This document shows, in pieces, positions 37,545 to 51,630 of a DNA stretch of 64,000 nucleotides. Source of the DNA: Chlorokybus atmophyticus (lineage: Eukaryota; Plantae; Mesostigma and Chlorokybus algae). The position numbers and the translations under genes were made by a program. Position 1 is the first letter of the stretch; each line of letters begins with the position of its first letter. Below the pieces are notes generated by a model. The model did not search any database, was not told the DNA's origin, and was given only the letters and a program-made list of their open reading frames with translations. Where the stretch lies: the NCBI GenBank assembly GCA_009103225.1, contig RHPI01000671.1, positions 558,220-622,219 of the forward strand, given 5' to 3'.

Positions 37545-37880
37545 TGACACTACATGCTCACGTATGACAGGGCCCACATGGTCTCCTGCGAGAAGGCTAT
37601 TGCGTACGTGCCTTCATGTGTCATGGCGGTGTTCAAAATCTAATTGGTGTTCTACAGCAAGGCCAGGAGCAAGACACAGCTCAACGCACCGAAGGCGTAC
37701 AGTTTCACGAATATTGCCATTAGTGGGTCAAGTATATGTTGCATGCAACGCCGGCTATCTTTAAATGCTGCTGATCACAATCACCTTTACAGATTGTTGG
37801 CTATGCAAAACAGTAGCACTTTTAATCTGGTTGACAGGAGCCTCGTTCCTTTCGACACAGCAACATCACATGACTCTTAT
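37545..37880 (+). pseudogene. F-box family 3' fragment, copy E (+ strand)
   Basis: VPSCVMAVFKI*LVFYSKARSKTQLNAPKAY...LVDRSLVP matches the C-terminal half of the family. It may be the continuation of copy D across the gypsy insertion. Confidence 0.75.
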
Positions 37881-38788
37881 TGATTTCTACCACTGTGCTT
37901 AAGCTGTACATTAGATGATTAACAAGTACTTGTTGCCGTTACGCAAATTACGCACCTTTAGCCTATCGAGTCATTAGCACGGTGTGCATATTACATAGCG
38001 TAAAAACAGACAATACACGTGTGTTGTTGCGTAACCGTAGTTCGTTGGATTCAAATATCCGCATCCTTTTGTCATCACAAATCTTCCAGCATGACTAATC
38101 AAGAACTGAGAGACTGCCTGATCCAACATGACCCTACCAGATTAGCCTATTAACAGACTGTAGGGCCGTTGATCGCTAATGTGGATTGTTGCCCCCAGTC
38201 AATAGCTTGTTGTGCTTTACAATGGCCGGTACTTACCGGTATTTGATAATTGATTAATGTATGGGTATCCAATACTTCATCTAATACTTCATTACAGTGG
38301 CAATTTGTGGACAACGGCTAGTGGCACACCGCCTTGTGTGACGCCATAGTGACCTTTGTATGCCTGTACTTGGCAAGCTACTCTTTTGCCTATGCGGTGC
38401 ACCTCACAACAAACAAATTAGGACAAGGCCACCCTCCCAACATGGAAATTACTAAAGATGCTGCGCAAATTGCGACATCAACAGTATGTTATGACGAAAA
38501 ACGTCAGTTCAAACATCAATTACGTAGTACATGATAGAGGCACGCAACCCTATAATGTACGTCATGGTTTGTTGATACGATTGCTCAAGTGCCTTCTATT
38601 GCACTTTTTGCGAATTACCGTGTGCAAATCAAGCACATGCACGTGATTATGTGAGTGCCCGTGCGTGCGCATGCACGTGCACATACATCAGCACCATCTT
38701 GCCTGCATTGCGCAATTGGAACGTCAAGATACTATATTTAACAATCACAATGATGATGACACCTACGCATGTACACTACTACTTTGTA

Positions 38789-41228
38789 CTAGCTATGAAG
38801 TACGCCCTCCTCCCATTGACTCAAGAGGTTAACAGTGTCTATTACAGTAATCACCTGGGCATCAGCAACAACTACATGTCGACCATGTAGCGTGAAGCTC
38901 AAGCTTGGTGGTTCATACAAACCAAAGTCATAATTCAGTGCCGAGCCAGGCAGAATTACGCTTCGGTCAATCAACTCATAAGCGCCGTTGATTTTGCTTA
39001 GCCAACTTTCTCTAAAGGTCATTGTGTTCAGCAGCAACCAGGTGTAGCCGTCATTGCGTGCATCTATTGCTTGACCCATCGACCAGTTGGAGCTGGTGGC
39101 GATATGCAGAAAATTGTACGCTTGGGGTGCGTCAAGCTGTACCTTGCTCCCGTTCTTGCCATAGCACACCAACAGAGCTCTAAAAAGCATCACAACACAC
39201 GAAGGCATGTCAACAGCCTTCCCAAACGAGCCAGTGCGCGCCTCGCACAACGCTTCCCTCGTCGCAGCATGAAGGTCAGGTGGCAATGTCATCACGTCAC
39301 CATTGCGGTTGGTTACCGATAAGAGCTCATGCTTGTGCTCTGCAGGAACACTCTGTGCGTGAAATAGCAGCTTTGTCTCCAACCCGCCATCCGATGTCGA
39401 GAATTACCGATAGAACAGATATGGAAGTTTTTCCTTGGAATACTGTACCATCAGGATCTCAATCTACCACTACTAATACGCCCGCAATGTCGAGAAGTCA
39501 GGCACTGACTAAACACTCACGGTTTCCGGATGTTCATCAAGTCTGCCCTGAACGAGCGCACGCGTGCTGTCCATATAGACAGGCCTGGCCCTGCCCAAGC
39601 TGCAAACCTCGTCACCACGACACATGGGCACGGTGCCGCACAAGACCACTTTGCGCCGAGCGACATCCCAATGCCAGAAGTACCCTAAGGAACTGTACAC
39701 TGTGAGAAGCTGACCGTCCCACACCATTGCAGCGGAGTTATGCCTTTCTCACCCTCGTGAAGGCAAACGCTCTCACACTGATCAGTGTTTGAGTCCCAAA
39801 GATGCAGCACGGACTTGGACACCCCCTCCCAATAACAGTACAGGGCGGCAACGACTGTGCCGCAAAGCACCACGCTCGGTGTTGCTTTGACCGGAGTGGC
39901 GCATGCGTGTGACAGGAGACAGTGTGGCTGCCAGTGATGTTGGCGCTGTGCCACTCGTCCGGATGATGGCAATTCGCCACGCATTTGTGTAGTGAAATGA
40001 AGCAACTGCGCCAGCTGCATCCATCAACATTACTGTTGCAAAGCGATTGTGCCAATGCGCCGTTTGCTGGAAACTTCTGCTCATGCAACTCTATCCAAAG
40101 ATTGTCGTCGTGCGCAGCAGTCTTCCAATTGCTACAAGTTACACAGTGTCAGCAGCAGACCAGCACGCACGCATGCACACGCGCAGACACGTGCACATGC
40201 ACGCACGCATGGACGCACGCGCGCCATATCACCATTTGTACACATCAGTCAGTTACTGGCAGACTGCAGCTGCCTTTGCAGTCTCTCTCGCACCAACTTG
40301 TTTGTGAATGTGATGCAAGCAGTCCATTGGCAGTGTGGTCTAGTCAGGTGTAAGGTGATCGTTGCGCGCCCTCTGCATCAGATGAGAAGCTTCAGGACAG
40401 CTGTTTGCGATTGAGATGTGAAAGCCTGCCTGGCGTTAGTTGACCTGTAATGATACGGTGCTTCAACAAGCCGCTTGCGGACTTATGCATGTGTGTCATG
40501 GAGACCGAACCAGCAAGGTCAGGGTTTCAAGGTTGCTGAGAATATGGTTACTCTGGCATATAAGCTGCAAAGCGCTTGGTATCCATGCAGTGGACACGCC
40601 TTGCACTCGCGCATGCATTAGCGCAAGGCGTGTCCACTGCGTGTAAACAACAACTTATGCAGCTACTTCTGTTCTGGATGCGCCTAAACAAACCTTGACA
40701 TCTAAAACAGACAAGCCTGGACCACATCCGTGTCTGACACGACAATCTGTGGCCCGCCGTAGCATGACAATGCTGGTGCTGAATGCTTGTGGAGCAGGCA
40801 TTCCAAGGTTGCAACACGACAGCTTGCTTATGAACTGCAAGCCGCACAGTCCCACAACCAACCAATCATTTGTAATCAGTCAAGAGTTCAAGCAGTACGT
40901 CATGAAGCTATGCAGCATGGAGCTAGCTGCTGCAGCAAGCTGATGCTCAGGTGAAGCGGTTTTGTCACTGTCGTGTGTTGAACGCTGGTACTCTACAAGT
41001 TGTGTCTCTGCCCCGTCAAACAGACAGGCTAGCTGATCAGTGGGGCCGTAGCGCAGCATGCTAACCCAGTTGATGACATAGCCCCTGGTAAGCTGTGGCT
41101 ATAGCCACCAAACACAAGTCTTGAAGGCCAAGAGAAAGGCGTACCATACCATTCTGAAAACATCCTGAAGGTAGCCATACCCGTGCTGGCAGCTGGGTCT
41201 GCCCGACCTTCATCTCCGCCGCCGCCAT
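38789..41228 (-). pseudogene. F-box protein, copy F
   Basis: Paralogue with W->TAG in the F-box (D*TTLPMDC), Q->TAG at 39509-39511 and further stops. The C-terminal 197-codon stretch is still open. Confidence 0.85.
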
Positions 41229-42165
41229 TCTTTTGAGGCGTCCCCAGGCTAGGCACGCTAAGCTTGGAGCGTAGAGCTCGGATGCCCACTCTTCTAGCAG
41301 CAGAAGCAAGCTGTGTGCAGCTACGCCTCCGTCACAAAGCAACAGGCAAAGCCTGCTATGACCATCATATGTTGCCCGCCCAATGCGGACGCCCGCCACC
41401 GCCAACAAACACGACAGGCTGCAAGACAATGGGTGCTCGCTGCAACTGCAAATTACTGACAAAGTCTCTTCATCATATTACATGGGCATTGCACAGTTCG
41501 GGTCAACGACACAACTACACAAGCATAGGGTATGCATCGTAGTCATCCTACAAACATGCTCATTTGCAGGTAGTCAGCACACAAGCACAAACACCCAACA
41601 CCAACACAAATATTACACCCGGGGCCTTTACCACCTATCCTACACCACACTAAGTGCCTTATGTGCAATGCACTGCAAGTGTCGAGCAGCACATAGCAGC
41701 AGCCAACCAACGTTAACCAATCTGTGAAGCACAAGCACACATCGCATCACCCACACCAGATCATCATAAGTCAGTGTAGCTACATCAGCCAAAGCCATGC
41801 CCGCTGTCGTGGGCCCGCGTCCCCGTCGCCGTGACAAAAAGATTTCATGCACGTGTGTGTGAACACTCGAGGGGTGAATGCATGCAAGTGCAGATAAGAG
41901 CAGCAGCACACTGGGCAGACGCGTTTCCCTTTCCGCTAGCTGTGAGTTGGTCCCTCTATAATGCTGCCGCTAGCCTCCTAGTGCACGCAGCACCCAGAGA
42001 ACTTGCGTTGTCTAGTAAAATCGCTGCTGCGCCTTCCTCTATGTGCGCACGTAAAGCATTGCACGTTGTGCGTGTGCATAGCGTCACGCGTGCACTGTGA
42101 GCAAGATAGGGTTGCCATACTCTCCAATCCACATGCAGATGGTCAGTCGATTGCCTCCACCAGCA

Positions 42166-42508
<343 letters not shown>

Positions 42509-43147
42509 NACAGTATCAACACAGGCAACGCGCACGTATTCCACCGCTAGGTTACATGCTGCTCTGTGCACTACTTTACCACCCACTGTGTGTGTGTGAG
42601 CATGCACGCGCAAGTGTGAGTTGCAGCAGAGACCAGTGCTAACATTGCAACTCGCGCTGATCGCTGTCTGCGAACACTGAGCGCAAACATGACGTGCAGT
42701 ATGCTTGCAGACAACCGCCAAGCCAGTGCGGGATGTTGTGTAATGCGCTGTGCAGCGCGATTTGTGCATGTGGTATGTGTGTCTTGGTGGTCTGGACATG
42801 TGCGGTGTGTGGGGTGGCGTGTAGGTATGTGTGAGCACACAACATGCCACAACAGTCAGCACGAGCTGCACGAGTCAGCATGTGGGGGTGACAGCGTTGC
42901 ACAGGTGAGGCAAGAGGCAGCAGCATTCAAAACATTTGGTCACTACCCACGTATGTGCCATAGGATCTGCTCAAGTGCTCCACGAATGTTGCCTTGGCAG
43001 TTGGCTGCTAAGTGTTGCACATGCACGCCGCCAAGCAGGTGGCCCCATGCTGTGCTTGACGGCTAATAAGCAATTTACGCAAAATAAACTATCCAGAAGC
43101 TAGGCTAAGACACTGTGCGTGCAAACAAGTGGTGGTGATGAAGTTGA

Positions 43148-46100
43148 CTATGCGCCCGCCAGCTCCGCCAGCTCCAACCATCGCTCAGTCTGCGTGCCAT
43201 CACCAATCAGGGATGCCGGTTGCCATATCAAACAAACCAAACGGTGCACCCAGCAGGTGAGACCCAGCACTGAGATGCATGAAAAGAAGTTGTTGCAGAG
43301 ATGCTCAGTCGCACAATGGCACACGTACGTACACATACGTGCGCACATGTACGCGCAAGCATACATACGCGTGTGCGTGCGTGAGCGCGCTTGCACGCGC
43401 GTATGTGCGCATCCAGTAGTTGCAAGCAGAGAGAAAACCTGTGTGATACCTTCATGTCAATCTCGTCCTCAAGCTTGGCAAGGTTTGCACTTATTTCCAT
43501 TAGAGCAGCGTAATCGGCATCCGCTCCCATGGTGCCGAGTTCCGCTTCAAGCGAAGCCTTTTTGTCCCCGAGCAAAGCTATCTGCCCTTCCAGCTTCTCA
43601 AACTCTCGCTTCTCGCTGTAAGACAGCCTCCTCGCCTGCTGATTGTCGCTAACACCATTCGATGCCGCTCCTAATGAGGATGAAGCGGCTTCTGGCATGG
43701 CTGGCCGTCTCGCTTCCTTTGCAGCTGCCTTTGCCGCTGCTGCTTTGGCTGCTGCAGCATCTTCTCGCTCCTTCTCAACCTGCAATGTGCATAGAGTACA
43801 CCTTGGACCGTTTTTGCATGAAATGCATATTGAATGGACACTAGACCATATGCACACCCAGAACACACAATCACACCTGTGCAGGTGTGCATGCACGTGT
43901 GTGCAATGACATGTGAGTTACATGTATCCATATATGACACCCTCATCATAATGATTGTTGTGGTCACAACACCCTTGCATAGAAGGTTTGCAGTGTCGCT
44001 CACACCTTGTATTCTTGATAGTCTTCATAATTGCCCTCAAAGACATAAACCTCGCCATTGCCTTCAAGGACAAACAGCCGCGGCGCAATGTTGTTCATGA
44101 ACGCGCGGTCATGCGAAACCACCACCAAGCAGCCTTCATAATCCTTAAGGTAGGCCTCAAGCACCTGACAACACAAGCTGGTTGGTGGAATGCCCAACGC
44201 TCATGCACGTGTGTGTGGCGCAGGAATGCGTATGGTTGCTCACCTCAATGGTGGGTAAGTCCAAGTCGTTGGTAGGTTCATCAAGCATCAGAAAGTTTGG
44301 CCTCTGCATCAACACGAGCGCCAACGCCAGCCGCCTCCTCTCGCCACCACTCAACTTGGCAGCCCTGTCGTGTCACAACTCAGCTCATCAAGAACGGATT
44401 TATGACAAAGGAACTAGGGACATCGTGCAATCATAAGCATCCAGGTCATCGACAAACTTTGGTGCAACATGTATCATTAGAGCGATGAGTGATCCGTGCA
44501 GCCAACGCAGATGCGTACCAGTTTATTGGGCACACGTATGAGACATGCTCAGCTGCAACTTTATATGATGTACATATATAATAAGTAGTAACTATGCTTT
44601 ATGACTTGCCCTCCATAAGACCAACACTGATAAATAGCATTATGCTGGAACTCATGGGTGTAGGAGTAATTTGAGACTCATATACCAAACCGTTACACTG
44701 ACCAGTCAAACTGTTTCTTGCGTGAGAAGCCGAATCTCGAGAGGAAGGACTCGGCTGTGACCACCACCTTCTCCGCTATGGCTCCCTGAAAGCCGCCAAC
44801 ACCGCGGCCGCCCAACTCTATGGTCTCCCCTCCAGCCTGCACCCCACATAAATTGTCAACCACATGAACAACATTGCATAATGTTACACAGACGCACATG
44901 CAACAGTTGCAGACAGTGGTAGCGTGGTTGGTTGTGCCGCAGTCATGACCAAGTTGATGGTGGAAAAGCATGCACCAATGATGCTGCGGAACGAGGGACA
45001 GACATGCACATGATGCGTGCCCCCCCCCTCCCCCCTCACCAGTGCGCACAGTGTTTTAAATCACTTGGGTCAACCAACATAGTGTCATGAATTTGACCTG
45101 GCGGACGAAGTCGATGACACGAACATCATCAGGAATAATCAGCGCGTCCTGTCGGAAATACCCAATCTTGAGGGTCTCTCCGGCCTCCCTCTCGCCGCTG
45201 TCAAGCGGTCTTGATCCCGCCAACACATCGAGCAGCTGCATTGCAACTGGTTGAGTTGCTGATGCATATTATAGACAACACAATACACTCACAGTTGATT
45301 TGCCGACACCGTTGCGGCCGACAATGCCGATGCGTTCACCGGGCTCAAAAGTGTAAGAAAAGCCGTCGAGGATGACTGGGCTGTTGCTATTGCTGCTGCT
45401 GGCAACGCCATTGCCATCATCATGGTTCGCATGGCCAAGCTTGACATAAGCATTCCTCAACGCCAATGCCTAGGGAACAAGCACGTCAATAGCAAACTCA
45501 CACACCAACATTACAATCTCACGCGAAGGCATCACACACCTTGTTGCCGAGGCGCGTAGTGCCCGTGTCGAGGCGTATGCCCTCGGCAGCGTCCTTCTTT
45601 CCAGCCTCGACACGCGAAGTCAAGCGGTAGAAGCGGTCCACTCGCGCACGGGACTTTGTGGAGCGTGCTTTGGGCTGCCGCCGCATCCACTCTGCCTCCT
45701 GCCATTGTCAAACATGAAGAGGTGTTTTGGCTGTGTTCCTCGCATGCATTAACAACACATGAATGTGACAACACACCTTTCGCAGCATGTTTTTGGCAGC
45801 CGCCACCTCGGCTGCAGCTGCAGCTTCGCGCTCAGCCTTGTTGGCAAGAAACTTCCTGACAAGACGAACGAAAAGAATACGTTTTGCGCATTGATGCTCC
45901 GAAACACACAGGCACACATACGCGTGCACATGCAAATGCGCATATGCATGCACTGTGCAGATAAGCAGTTGGTCGGTCTCCTGCTTTGAGGTTGTACAGC
46001 TTACGAGTAGTTGCCAGCGTGGCGATATGCGGCTCCGTCGTTGATTTCCACTATCTCATTGCAGATGCGGTCTAGGAAGAAACGGTCGTGTGTCACCTGC

Positions 46101-48293
46101 AAAGTCAGCTTATGAACCTTTGCATCCGCACCGCAACTCACATGACTTTCTTGCACACAGAGCCGAGAGGTACCAGCACGAGCGTGAGTTCTGGATCTTG
46201 GAGCAACTTTTCCAACCACTCGATTGCTGCAATGTCGAGATGGTTGGTGGGTTCCTAAAGGCACCAGCAGCACGTGTCAATCACCTGAATACACATGCCA
46301 AAGTGACCCTTCCAACATGCAATCAGCAGGGTTTTATTGACAGACACACGCGCGCACGCACACACACACACATGACCCTTCCAACATGCCAGCAGCAAAC
46401 CCGGCATCCTTGTGCACAATTTGCAGTCGTACTCTTCAAGCACACACACACGCGCAACATTGCTGCATGTTTCACGCACATCGAGGAGCAGGAGTTCGGG
46501 CCGCATGAGCAGCGTGCCAGCCAGCGCTGCGCGCTTCCGCTGCCCGCCCGACAGCGACCGCACTTCGCGCTGATAGAGCGCCTCCTGCCGCCCACTGCTC
46601 GCCGATGAAGACTGCCCTAACCCAAGCTGCTCCAACACCTACATAATGGGTGTAACATCACCACGGAGGCGCACGCATGAAGCATGTGTGGGTGACAGTG
46701 CTGCTGGACGTCCAAACGTGCAAACTGCAAGTAAAAGTGCATTGAGCTAAGCTCTATGATAAAGGGTTTGAGGCTTACCTTCTTTGCCTCAGCTCCAAGT
46801 TCCCAGGCGCCTCCAAGAGCGTCCATTTGTGCCATCGCAGCTTGCATCTATTGGAAGAAAACGCAAGTACACATGTTGGTATCAACTTGAATCACATGCT
46901 CGCGTGCAAAGTGTGCCAAACCAACCTCCGCTTGCAGGTCGCTGCTATCGTCATCGCTGCTGGCGGAAGCGACGCGGCTGACGGCGAGCTCGTAGCGTGC
47001 GACTGCCGCTGCAAGAGGGGAATCCTCCCCAGATGATGAGACATATGACAGCACGGACTCCAGCACCGTCTTGTCGCCATCCAAGTCAGGCTCCTGTCAC
47101 ACACTCAACGCAATCAGCTGCTATGCAACAAAGTAATGCCAACAATGCTGATGATAGCCATTATGGTGTTGACTTCAAGAAGTGGTGACGGTTGTTGTTG
47201 TGGTGGTAAGCATGATGCTTGTTGTTGTTGTAGTCGTCACTATTGTTGCTGTTGTTGCTGCGGTCGTTATTGGTGGTGTGTGACTGCACCTGTGCAAGGT
47301 AAGCAAGCAGTAGGCCGCGTCGGCGCTGGAGGGAGCCTGAGTCGGCGGAGTCTTTCCCAGCGAGCACCTTCAGTAGGGTGGACTTGCCGCCGCCATTTGC
47401 TCCCACCACACCCACCTTGGCACCGCGACTGCGTGGACAGAATAATGCGTGTTGCTTGGGCTTACTGTACTATGAAGCTGTACATATACTCAAGCAGCAT
47501 ACTTCAATAAGCACATTGTGTATCAACTTGACATTAAATTGTTGTTGATTTTCGTGTCAAGTGGCGGGGCGTGTAGAGTGGCGCAGCACAGCACTGTGAA
47601 CACATGCATGCACAAATGCATAAAGCATGAATATATGTGATGCGCACCTAACCGTCAGGTTGAGGTCTTTGAACTGGAACACTTCTCCATCGTGCGACTT
47701 GTCCAAACCTTCCGCCTAGTTGTGTAAACAACGGGTCAGCAGTAGGCTAACATCAACAGCATGCAACCGCACAAACAAGTGCATGTGTGTCAATTGCAGT
47801 ATGAGGATGGTAATGCTATGAACTGGACCGTAAAAGCAGCATAAAGCATTGGCGCATATTAACAAGCAAGCAACTGCTTCGCTACATTTAGAGCTCTTGT
47901 CAACTGTTCTGCCACGTTTGAAATCAGCGATAAAAAAAAAGCTATGACTATGCAGAGCACAACTCTCACTCCCAGAAGCAGTGACCACTACAGCTCACTC
48001 GTTGATAGCTGGCAATGCTACAGAATGTGAACTGATACATTTTATTTAAGCATGTTGCCAACTCATCATACCAGAAGCAAGATCTCAGAATCGTTGGCTC
48101 TCGCTTGCACAAGCAAGCTCCACCTCCGCCTGCCGCTACTTGGGCGTCGCCGCCGCAGCAAGAAGCGAGCGCTGCTGGCTTTGACGCAACCACCTGCTTC
48201 AAGCCAGCAATGACTGCGCTGCAGGCGCAGCCCACCCGCCAACGGCGACGGGGACAGCACCGCCAGCGCCGCCGCCACCGCCACCGCCGGCAT
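43148..48293 (-). CDS. ABC-F family ATPase, Uup-like, probably plastid-targeted (multi-exon)
   Basis: Ala/Arg/Ser-rich N-terminus. Two ABC domains: GANGGGKST / [11 protein letters not shown]...LLLLD and GRNGVGKST / [11 protein letters not shown]...[11 protein letters not shown]. Uup-type tail [14 protein letters not shown]...[12 protein letters not shown]. Confidence 0.92.
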
Positions 48294-48391
48294 GCTTGGC
48301 CTGATGTTCTGGCCTGGTGAACGCACTGAATGCACTGAACACTGTTCAGTGTCCGTTGAACGTGTTCAGTGTACACTGATGAACACGAGCG

Positions 48392-48411
48392 TTTCATGAA
48401 CATTCTCGAAG
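48392..48411. promoter_or_regulatory. Heat-shock element (four alternating nGAAn units)
   Basis: tTTCatGAAcaTTCtcGAAg, about 100 bp upstream of the ABC-F ATG. Confidence 0.6.
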
Positions 48412-49379
48412 GCTGGTGCTTCCAAGTGTACAACATACAGGACGCAGGGATTGTGTATGTCATGGGTACGGGCATTAGTGAAGGTAGGTAGCTGGACAAC
48501 CCGGTGGTGAATGTATGAGTAACGGTGTAGTGTGCTGATTGTTTGCATGCACTTGACACTCTCATGCATGCATGTACTTGCAGTTACCTGTGTCAATCAC
48601 AAGTAATCGCCTGTACATATAAAGCGCAATATGAATGAACATGCAATGAGCAACCTTGCATGTACATACACGACTTATACCCTATAAAATGTGGCGTGCG
48701 TATGCGCATACGTTTAACATGCAAGGTGTGTGCCTAGTATACAGTCAGCAACTCAAATTCATCAGCAACATGATTACCACCGGGTGCCTACTCTCCTTCT
48801 CTACTACTACCAACACCAACATCATCATCATCATCTACTACTACCAACACTAACACCACCACCCCATTAGACATGCATGACATGCACGTACTGGTCATCA
48901 CCTGCAACATGCTGCGTACTTGCATGTCATGCGTGTCTACGCCAGCGGTTTATAAGGTATAGCAATTCATGATCAGTCCTGTGTGCTACCATAGCGGCTG
49001 GGAGGCTAGAGATATGTGCTACATGTAGCCACTGGCTTGGCCAGGGACCAACCAAGCCAAGCAAGATACCAAACCTACACAAGTGACTTGGTGAGCAGGT
49101 GTAGAGGGTGTAGCACACTTGCAGAATGACGATGGTGACGACAGCAAGATCAAAGGAGCCCCCTCATCCTGTGCGTAGTTTGAGGACACGCATAACACAA
49201 TCGTTCATGCTCACAGCTATTTAAAGCATGCACCTGTTGAACATAACGTGAAGGGCAAACAGCGTCTCTATCAATGTTGCTGCATTCAAAGCATAAGGTG
49301 GGCAGCAGCTAAGCACCCACCTTTCACCAACAGCAGCCCAGTTTCGTGTTAACCAAGCCTACCACCAAGGCTGCTTCAG

Positions 49380-51630
49380 TCAACGGAGCAGTACGAGCAG
49401 CATGCTGTAATGCAACAAGGGGCAGAATGCGTTGTCTAACTGCGTTGTGTACGCTTCAAGCAGCCCAGCTGCCGCAGCCGCAGCAACTGCCGCGCCGCAA
49501 GAAACCAGCGTGAGCTCTTCCAAGACCAATAGGATGCCTATAGAGGCCAAGCTTGTACTGACGATGCCAGCGATAGTGCCTTCAACCGTTTTCCGGCTAT
49601 CAGCAGCGACGCGAAGCTTGCCAAAATAGTAACCGCAACACGATGCCATGGTGTCGCCAATGCCAAGGCACAACAGACCAGCAAATGGTGCGAGTGACGC
49701 TGTGCTCGCAGGCGACATCCAAAGCGGCAGCGCCATCCCAAACAGCAGCGAGAAGTGACTGGCAATACCAGGCATATCAGATCGATTCAATTTGCTGCGA
49801 GCGCGCTGTAATGGTCAATCTTACCTTAGTATCAAAATGCCCCCATCCCGTTTGTCTGTAAATGCTGTCATAAAGCTATGAATGTGGTTGCCTAGCGGTG
49901 GCACAAGACCACATCGCAATGCCTCAACAAAGAGCAAGGCAGCTGCTGCCACCCCAAAGCTGAGCCGCAGCATGTCTCGCTGCACAGGGACAAGGAACGC
50001 AGTTACATGCGCTGAGCACAGTGCACACAATAGAGTCCAGCTGCGTAGTAGTGGCAAAGCTCGTACCTGGAGGAAAAATGCAGGCAGAAACATGCCAACT
50101 GCAAGGACATGGTAGGCTTTACGCAGTATAATCTGGGGTAGCTTGTGGTGAACAGCTGCAGTCAGCATCAATGGGAGTGCAACAAGTAATGACACCGCCC
50201 AGGCTGCAGCAAACAGCAACCTTTGCCAGTCTGCGAGCGCAAAATCCAGTGCCCTGCCAAATCTCGTTACGCCAAAGGGCACAGCAAGCATGTCAGCGGC
50301 ACAGCAAGACGTGAGTGCGCCAGGCATGTCTTACCAAAGCAGAGGATGTCTTGTCATTGACGACACCGCATGCAGCCAGAGCGGTGCTATACCACCCACA
50401 AAGGCTAGTTCTATACTGTAAAACAGGGCCACAGTCTGCATGTCTGGAGACTTGCCAGAACTGATGGTGGCTTCGATGTTTTGTAGCAAGCGAGCAGCTG
50501 CAACAGACGCCATGAGCACGCCTAGAATCACAGCCTGCATGATTATGTTTGCCTTTTGGCAACCAATTGTGATGTGGTATTGTTAAATGCACGTGCATGC
50601 ACTACACCCTAGCAGCTCACCTGTACAACCCAGTCAATATGGTCCTTCCTTGGAAGGTACGCAGAAGGGACAGTGATATCCAACAGAGCGCATGCTGTGA
50701 GCATGAGCGCCTCCCCAACAAACATAACCAAGGCTTGCACCAGCAAAAATGCCTCGCCAGCCGTGCAGCAACGCGGGAAACGTGTCAGGACGACGTGCGT
50801 CAAGCAGGCCGTGGCGGATGCATGGGCTAGTAGTAGCGGACTGCAGCCGAGGCCGCAACAGTGGTGCAGCAGCCAGCTGGCAGCTGCAACTGGCACCCAA
50901 CTCAGCACAGGCCAAAACTGTTGATATGACATTTGGCGTCTCCATGCAGACTTTGCTGCCAAAGCTGCTAGCGAGCTGAATCCCGCCATCATTGCAGCCC
51001 ACAGGCGGAACAAAAGGGGATCTGCAACCCCATGCAACGACCACGTGTTTATAACGAAACAAGTTGAGATGGGTCAGAATGTTGCATGGCGTGTATGAAG
51101 TTGCTGACCAAGGTGTGAAGTAGGAGGTAATGAAGCTAGCTTAGCGGCGAACAACCAAGGAAGTATGACAATGCCCAAAGCCACACCAGCTGAAGCATCT
51201 GTGCTGCAAGCATGCAGTTTTTGCATTAAAGCATCTTCAGCTGACAACTGCGTGACAGCTTTGAGTGGTATGTACCGGACCACGTGTGCATGCAATGGCT
51301 ACACCAACGGCGCAACACATTGCTGAAGCCTGCTGCTCTCAAGAGTGCAGATGTCATAACCAACCAAGCAGTAACAGTGACTCACCGCAACTGATACTGT
51401 TGCTGCAACATGCCATCCACATCGCCCCTCAGCTCGGCATATATTGAACAAGCTGCCAGTATGCCGAGGCCTATCGACTCTGGCAACCGGGCAGGTCCAA
51501 AGCGCAGCATGAAGACAATTGTCACAACAGCTATGAGAATCTGTTCAACTCTTGCACGCTGCCAACCCAACGAGCGAATGGCAGGTTTGTGCCAGCTAGC
51601 CATCTTTGCGGGATGGGAGTGGGATGTCAT
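49380..51630 (-). CDS. DOLK: Dolichol kinase (multi-exon, start uncertain)
   Basis: ARVEQILIAVV...YAELR, ASAGVALGIVILP, QIILRKAYHVLAV, FMTAFTDKRDGG, SHFSLLFGMALPLW, GLLCLGIGDTMAS, RKTVEGT, LLEAYTTQLDNAFCP. Confidence 0.92.

Noticed and set aside
22743-39511. In-frame TAGs at Gln-like positions (39509-11, 31449-51, 32990-92; also 22743-45) might suggest a TAG/TAA=Gln genetic code as in some ulvophytes
   Set aside because: AIP2, NEMF and ABC-F end in TAG at their expected C-termini. The affected sequences also carry frameshifts and TGG->TAG changes, so these are ordinary nonsense mutations.
48370-48670. Several GTAC cores (possible copper-response elements)
   Set aside because: GTAC, CATG and TGCA are very frequent throughout this window, so the enrichment cannot be supported.
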